Positions 58,480-64,000 of a stretch of 64,000 bases of DNA are shown piece by piece. The DNA lies in the NCBI GenBank assembly GCA_964019335.1, contig OZ025750.1, positions 248,001-312,000 of the forward strand. The letters run 5' to 3'. The DNA comes from Diplonema japonicum. Its lineage: Eukaryota; Protista; Euglenozoa: Diplonemea. The translations under genes were made by a program, and so were the position numbers. Every line of letters starts with the position of its first letter. Position 1 is the stretch's first letter. The notes under the pieces are model-generated. The model was not told where the DNA came from. It searched no databases and saw only the letters and a program-made list of their open reading frames with translations.

Positions 58480-60438
58480 ATGAGCAGCATGGATAAGTAC
58501 AAACGCGGGGCGTCCATTGGAAGCGGTGGTTTCGGGAAGGTGTACAGCGTTGAGCGCATTGTGGACGGCGTGCAGTTAGCCATGAAGGAGCAGATCGCCT
58601 TCCACGAGGACGAGTCCAAGATGGAGGAGGTGCGCCACATGCTCGGGCTGGAACATAAGAACATCGTAAGCTGCGTCGACTTCTTCACCACCACCACCAC
58701 AACCACAACAGGGAAGACGAAGTGGACGCTGCACATTCTGATGCCGCTGTACAGCTGCGACCTCGACAAGCTCGTCAGGAACGAGGGGGGCATCGGGAAG
58801 CAAAGGTGTATTAAGCTTGTAGCAGAGTTAGGAGAGGCTCTATGCTTCCTACACAAGAGAGGCTTCATCCACAGGGACGTCAAACCGCCAAATGTCATGG
58901 TGTGCAGTCCCGGAGGCGATGTTGAGTTCGTGTTGGCCGACCTTGGGCTGTCAAAGGAAGCCCTCTGCACTAACAGCTACACCGGCACACCACACTACAT
59001 GGCCCCCGACATTTTAAGTCCTCCTTATACTAACAAGGTGGATCTATGGTCCCTCGGCGTCACGGCGTGCTTCGCTGTCTTCGGTGAGGACGACGGTGAA
59101 CTGATGCTAAGGCACCTGCATGGGAACTACGAGTTTGTAATAGAGAACGTGACGGAGTTGCTTGAGAAGAGCGTTGGTGCGCCGCTTGATGGTGTGCTGC
59201 TGAGACTGTTGTCAATGGAAGCGGATGACCGCCCTGCTGCAGAGGATATCCCGCTACTTTTGGGCGAGCGTGTGGTTCTCCTTGCGTGTGTAACCATCGG
59301 CGGGGACGAGAGAAAAAGGAAGATAGCTGTTTCGAAAGGTGCAGATGAGGACACGGTGCGTAAAGCTATCAGCCACGAGTTCAGAAACGTAGCGGGCATG
59401 GAAGAGATCAGCAGGCTGGAGATTCTGGACGAGGATTTCAACCAATTCGTAGATGTTGTCAAGGGAACGGAGTTCAAGGAGAAGAATACTGTTCGGGTTG
59501 TGTGTGCAGCTGTGTCCAGTTGCGATCCTCCGCACGTTGGCGGCACAAACACCACAACTAGCACAGTCCGTGAGGACCCCACAATGGATTTTACACCAAC
59601 TGACTCACTGCTCAATGTGCCTGTTCATGAAGGCACAGGTGTTTCAATGAAGTACATGAAGCACATACCTAACGTCACAGTGGATACGTCGCAAGTAACG
59701 TTCCGACAAGAGAAGAGCACGATCCTCTTCTGCAACGACGGGGACAGGGCCATTTCGTACAAGATTCTCGTTGCAGGCAAGAACAAAAACATATCAGTTA
59801 AACCACCTGAAGGCATCATAAACAGGCGCAGCGAGCACAAGGTCTTCTTACGGTACAAAGGCGAGTTTGGGGATATGAAGTTTCGGATCCTCGCCCGCGA
59901 GCTCGCCGACGGGAAGCACCAGATGGACCGCAGTCTGCACCTTGATGAGGATAAATTCGTGAATATAGATGTGGTGCGGCCTGTCTTGGTCACCGTAGCC
60001 CCTGACCCTCTCACCTTCGACGGGGAAGGAAGGTGCGACGCGGTCATAAGCAACAATAGCGACAAGTGGGTAGCTTACAAGTTAAGGATACTGACGAACC
60101 GCAAGTTCTGCAAGGTGCGGCCGACGATGGGGGTCTTGAGCAAAGGGGCTAAGACCAACGTCCAGTTTATTGCAAAGTCGGATCCCGAGGAGAGTGATGC
60201 ACTTCGCATTCTATCGAAGGAGCTAACAGAGGACCAGGCCGCGATGGACGACCAGGAACTTGCAAAGATATGGAAGGAATGCTCTTTCAGGCAGCAACAC
60301 TTGGGTGTTCGGCGCCTATGCGGGGAACAGACGGACATCGCGAGCCACTCAAAAGAAGCTCACGACCGAAGCGAGGCTGCTCACCAGGAACCATATGGCA
60401 CTACTCACAGCACTATCCCCGGAGCCACGCTCCGATGA
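58480..60438 (+). CDS. Ser/Thr protein kinase fused to two C-terminal MSP (major sperm protein/VAP-type) domains
   Basis: Kinase motifs GSGGFG, AMK, HRDVKPPN, DLG and GTPHYMAPD. Two MSP-like repeats: VTF..ILFCNDGDRAISYKI..VKPPEGII and LTF..ISNNSDKWVAYKL..VRPTMGVL. Confidence 0.82.
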   Translation: MSSMDKYKRGASIGSGGFGKVYSVERIVDGVQLAMKEQIAFHEDESKMEEVRHMLGLEHKNIVSCVDFFTTTTTTTTGKTKWTLHILMPLYSCDLDKLVRNEGGIGKQRCIKLVAELGEALCFLHKRGFIHRDVKPPNVMVCSPGGDVEFVLADLGLSKEALCTNSYTGTPHYMAPDILSPPYTNKVDLWSLGVTACFAVFGEDDGELMLRHLHGNYEFVIENVTELLEKSVGAPLDGVLLRLLSMEADDRPAAEDIPLLLGERVVLLACVTIGGDERKRKIAVSKGADEDTVRKAISHEFRNVAGMEEISRLEILDEDFNQFVDVVKGTEFKEKNTVRVVCAAVSSCDPPHVGGTNTTTSTVREDPTMDFTPTDSLLNVPVHEGTGVSMKYMKHIPNVTVDTSQVTFRQEKSTILFCNDGDRAISYKILVAGKNKNISVKPPEGIINRRSEHKVFLRYKGEFGDMKFRILARELADGKHQMDRSLHLDEDKFVNIDVVRPVLVTVAPDPLTFDGEGRCDAVISNNSDKWVAYKLRILTNRKFCKVRPTMGVLSKGAKTNVQFIAKSDPEESDALRILSKELTEDQAAMDDQELAKIWKECSFRQQHLGVRRLCGEQTDIASHSKEAHDRSEAAHQEPYGTTHSTIPGATLR

Positions 60439-60625
60439 TTTTTGAACGAAAGACTTTATAAAGAATAAACTTGCACTTCTCCCGCCTAAACACCGAAGAA
60501 TATTACCCATCGGTGGCAATAGGCGGGCGCTTTTTTTCTACTTTACTCTCTTGCTTCTAGTGTTTAATTAGTTTGACCTCAATAACTATCGGGGGCAATC
60601 ACTACATCAGGATTTGGCCAAAAGA

Positions 60626-63600
60626 ATGGATGTATCAGCACTGGTGGCAGTTGTGACATTTGTGTCATGCTGTGTAAGCAGTGGTGTGGTGCTGGGTCTG
60701 AGTCAAGGAGGCGTTCATGTGGGTATCAGTTCGTCCGCGGTACCCTTGCTGTCTATTCTCTGCACGGCGGCTGCTGTATTGGTGGTTAGAAAGTATCTTG
60801 TGGGGCCTTTGCGGTCGGCGAACAAGTTCCTTGCATTGCTTTCTCGCGGCGCGAGTGAAGCAGCCTTTGATGACCATGCAGTGTTTAAACATCTAGAAGA
60901 GACACGACACCTGCGCGACCTTCTCTTCTCCCTGCAGCATTCGATAAGGCCGGAAGAAGAACAAATACTCCCTGAGACATCTAACTCGAGCTTGAGGGAA
61001 CAGATCTTCACGCCTGTCGATGTTGAAATACCGAAGGGGAAGGTGACGTTTGTATTTACGGATATTGAAGCTTCTTCTGTGTTGTGGAAACAGCACCCTG
61101 ATGACATGAAGGCAGCTATGCGGCTGCACAACACTACGATACGGATTGTGTACTCGCGGTACCAAGGTTACGAGGTGAAGACCATTGGGGACGCCTTCAT
61201 GCTGACGTTTGACCAAGCAAACAATGCCGTGCGATTCGCGTGCGATGCGCAGCTAGAGCTGCTGAACTGTGACTGGCCCGAGAACATTCTCACCGACAAC
61301 CTCTGTGCGCCCATCACTCGTGCAGGGCAGCTTATCTACCGTGGAATGCGCGTCCGCATGGGCATGCACACCGGCGAGGTTGCCATGGAAATAGACCCCG
61401 TCAGTAATCGTGCTGACTACTTCGGCCACACAGTCAACACCGCAGCTCGTATCGAGTCCGCAGGTGCTGGTGGTTGCATCGTTTGCTCTTCTGTCGTGAT
61501 ACAGAACATCAACCCATCCATGCTGAGCTGCACCATCGTACCCCTCGGCACGATTGAGCTCAAGGGCGTCGGGCAGCGCACATTGCACGGTATCATCCCC
61601 ACTTCTATCAGTGAGCGAGGCGCTAGACTTTCCCGCAAGAAGGTTTCGTCAGGGAGTTCCTTAAGGGAGAACTCCATGAAGAGCCCAAGCTCCAACCACT
61701 TAAGTGTCTCGAAAGGTAAGTTCTACAAAATGCTGTTCAGAGATCTCTACAGCGACCGCTTGCAGTCCGACGGTCTGATACGATCGATCGTCGGCAGGTT
61801 CTTGTCGTCCGATGAGCTGCAACCGTTGAACGCGACTGTGGTTCAAATCCGCATCGGGGTAAACTTCAAGGAGCTCCACCACCTGCTGTCCACTGTAGGA
61901 ACGTTAGGAAGGAGAACGTTTGGTGTGATGCTGAACACAGCAACCACAACAGTGACGCTGGTGTGGATGTGCCAGGCTCACGCTGTCCAGGCGGTGAGCT
62001 TCGTCGCGTCTTTGTACTCGGAATTAGGATTAGGATCGGGCTCAAAGCTGCACGTAGGAATGGCCAGCGGTGGGGTTATGTTTGGGATCACAAGCCCCGG
62101 CGAGGAGAAGCACATCATAACATGCGTAGGAGCACCTGTCGATTTATCTTTTGCATTGGCAGAAGCTGCAGAGATGCTGGAAATGACATGTTTAGTACCT
62201 AGTACCATTGCGGCAGGAGTGCCATCGCTGACCAGGCTTCTCCGCCCTATTGACCGCTGGCCCTTTCACGGGGCCACCCAGACTTATGCCGAAGTCAATG
62301 AGCTGCACATCCCTGCGCTGGCCAACGCGGAGAAATGGGACATCCTGTATGGCATGTACGAGGACACCACATGGTGCGATGCGTCATACAGGGCTGCCTT
62401 CGACGATGTGCAGAACGGCGACCTCACTAAAATGAAAGAAATAGGAAAAAAGTGGCCTGACGATATGGTCGTTAGGAGGATCCTGCAGAATGACGGAGTG
62501 TGCCAGACCAGGGCCATCTACCTCCCTGGTCAGCACGTGGCAACTAGCTCTTCCAGTTCCAGCGATAAAGAGAACATGGAAGAGGCATGGAAGCGTGCGA
62601 CGGCGGCATCAAAGTCGTCACGCACAGAGATGGTGTTCATGGAAGGGTGGGCGTACGACGTGTCAGCCTTCATGCACACTCATCCGGGAGGGATGGAGAT
62701 ACTAAGGGAGCACCTGGGGAAGGATATCTCAGATTTGTTCAGGGGCCACGGCGAGGGAAGGGTTCACGACCACAGCGCGTACGCTGCAGATGTACTGCGC
62801 ACCTTACGAGTCTTCAGAACGGACAACCTTGCGACGAACGAGTCCAACATGATGATCGTGCGCGACACATGGCAGCAGCTCCAGTCCGTCGGGCTGAAGG
62901 AGATAGGTGTGTTGCTCTTCAAAAACCTGTTCGAGATGCACCCGGAGTACCTACAGCTATTCCCATGGGGAAGCACAAACGGCGTATACGAGTCACAAGT
63001 ATTGGCGGAGCACGGGCTTCAGGTGATGACCGCTGTGAACAAAGCTGTGACGGACTTGTCAAATTCTCACGAGGTGGCGCATATCCTGCACGAGCTTGGA
63101 AGGACGCACATCAGGTACGGGATATCGAAGCACATGTTCGACGTGGTTGGCATTGCGTTTGACGTAACGTTACGAGCTGCGCTGCAAGAGAGGTACACAC
63201 CACAGGTGCGCCATGCGTGGGGTGAAACCATTCGTCACATCATGCTGATGGCGAAGGATGGTGTTGCGGACACACACGAGGAGAGCGAGTCTGCGGTTGC
63301 GGCCGATGAGTACCGCTCGTTGTATTACAAAAGGCGCGAGGCACGCACGCACAACACAACGCTGTTCGTGTTCCATCTCAATGGGGTCTCTTCGCAGTAC
63401 TTCGCACCGGGTTCGCACGTCAGCGTCCGCTTTAATGGAAAGCTCTCCCGGCCGTACTCCATCTTGAACGTGCGCAACGACGAGATCTGGCTCCTGATCA
63501 AGCTGAACCACGGCAGGCAGAGCTCAAAGGAGCTGAACAGTTTGACAACCGACTCTCTTGTAGGGATCCGCGGTCCGCTTCTCGCGGAGCACCAGTATGT

Positions 63601-64000
63601 AAAGGGGCAGGATTTGCTTCTAGTTGGCGGCGCGACGGGATGCGTTCCGCTTCTGTCATTGGCAAGGGCAGCGTTGAAGGATGGGGGAAGGGTGTGGTTT
63701 ATCGCATGCTGCGACACCTACGGTGACGTGGCCTTCAAGCCTGAGCTGGAAGAGTTCAGGGAGCTTGGGGGTGAGTTGAATGTCAAGTTCTTCTTAACGA
63801 AGGGAAGATCCGCACCCGAGGGAGTTGATCCCATTTTCGCCCCTATCCTCCTCAGTGATCACGTACAAGGCTTCTTCCCCCCTGTCTCGCAAGACAACCA
63901 TGTTGTTATCTGTGGTTCTCCTATTTTTAACACCAACGTCCGTGCTGTTGTCCTAAGCAGTGGCTACACGTTCACAGTTATGGGATCCTTGTCAGGCAAT
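60626..64000 (+). CDS. Adenylate cyclase / cytochrome b5 / globin / FAD-NAD(P)H reductase fusion protein, 3'-truncated by the window edge; absent from the ORF track
   Basis: Manual translation from ATG 60626 is open for 1125 codons to 64000. Order: two hydrophobic N-terminal segments; cyclase (VFTDIE, YEVKTIGDAFM, DYFGHTVNTAARIE); degenerate cyclase; b5 (YDVSAFMHTHPGG..GKDISDLF..HS); globin (LFEMHPEYLQLF, EHGLQV, LGRTHIRYGI, AW); FNR module (PGSHV, RPYS, IRGP, GGATGCVP, ICGSP). Confidence 0.92.
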   Translation, partial: MDVSALVAVVTFVSCCVSSGVVLGLSQGGVHVGISSSAVPLLSILCTAAAVLVVRKYLVGPLRSANKFLALLSRGASEAAFDDHAVFKHLEETRHLRDLLFSLQHSIRPEEEQILPETSNSSLREQIFTPVDVEIPKGKVTFVFTDIEASSVLWKQHPDDMKAAMRLHNTTIRIVYSRYQGYEVKTIGDAFMLTFDQANNAVRFACDAQLELLNCDWPENILTDNLCAPITRAGQLIYRGMRVRMGMHTGEVAMEIDPVSNRADYFGHTVNTAARIESAGAGGCIVCSSVVIQNINPSMLSCTIVPLGTIELKGVGQRTLHGIIPTSISERGARLSRKKVSSGSSLRENSMKSPSSNHLSVSKGKFYKMLFRDLYSDRLQSDGLIRSIVGRFLSSDELQPLNATVVQIRIGVNFKELHHLLSTVGTLGRRTFGVMLNTATTTVTLVWMCQAHAVQAVSFVASLYSELGLGSGSKLHVGMASGGVMFGITSPGEEKHIITCVGAPVDLSFALAEAAEMLEMTCLVPSTIAAGVPSLTRLLRPIDRWPFHGATQTYAEVNELHIPALANAEKWDILYGMYEDTTWCDASYRAAFDDVQNGDLTKMKEIGKKWPDDMVVRRILQNDGVCQTRAIYLPGQHVATSSSSSSDKENMEEAWKRATAASKSSRTEMVFMEGWAYDVSAFMHTHPGGMEILREHLGKDISDLFRGHGEGRVHDHSAYAADVLRTLRVFRTDNLATNESNMMIVRDTWQQLQSVGLKEIGVLLFKNLFEMHPEYLQLFPWGSTNGVYESQVLAEHGLQVMTAVNKAVTDLSNSHEVAHILHELGRTHIRYGISKHMFDVVGIAFDVTLRAALQERYTPQVRHAWGETIRHIMLMAKDGVADTHEESESAVAADEYRSLYYKRREARTHNTTLFVFHLNGVSSQYFAPGSHVSVRFNGKLSRPYSILNVRNDEIWLLIKLNHGRQSSKELNSLTTDSLVGIRGPLLAEHQYVKGQDLLLVGGATGCVPLLSLARAALKDGGRVWFIACCDTYGDVAFKPELEEFRELGGELNVKFFLTKGRSAPEGVDPIFAPILLSDHVQGFFPPVSQDNHVVICGSPIFNTNVRAVVLSSGYTFTVMGSLSGN

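Overview
Eukaryotic genomic DNA, most consistent with a euglenozoan and probably a diplonemid (inference). All 18 credible protein genes and one pseudogene lie on the + strand, appear intronless, and mostly follow pyrimidine tracts and AG acceptors, as expected for polycistronic transcription with SL trans-splicing. The window holds four paralogous multi-TM class III adenylate cyclases (each an active domain plus a degenerate cyclase-like domain), two Ubl-ankyrin genes, a PAK/STE20 kinase, a PstS-like receptor with a pseudo-cyclase tail, a decayed receptor gene, three mosaic Pro/Thr-stalk surface proteins, a PSI/EGF membrane protein and a kinase-MSP-MSP fusion. The main find is missing from the ORF track because it runs off the window end. 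It is a >1125-codon ORF (60626..>64000) that fuses TM anchors, an intact adenylate cyclase, cytochrome b5, a 3/3 globin and an FAD/NAD(P)H reductase, a candidate self-reducing O2/NO-sensing cAMP generator. Intergenic DNA is rich in A/T homopolymers and carries 3' fragments of putative non-LTR retroelements ending in sense-strand poly(T), several MITE-like inverted repeats and a decayed pogo-type DDE transposon. All domain calls come from motif recognition by eye; no database searches were run.
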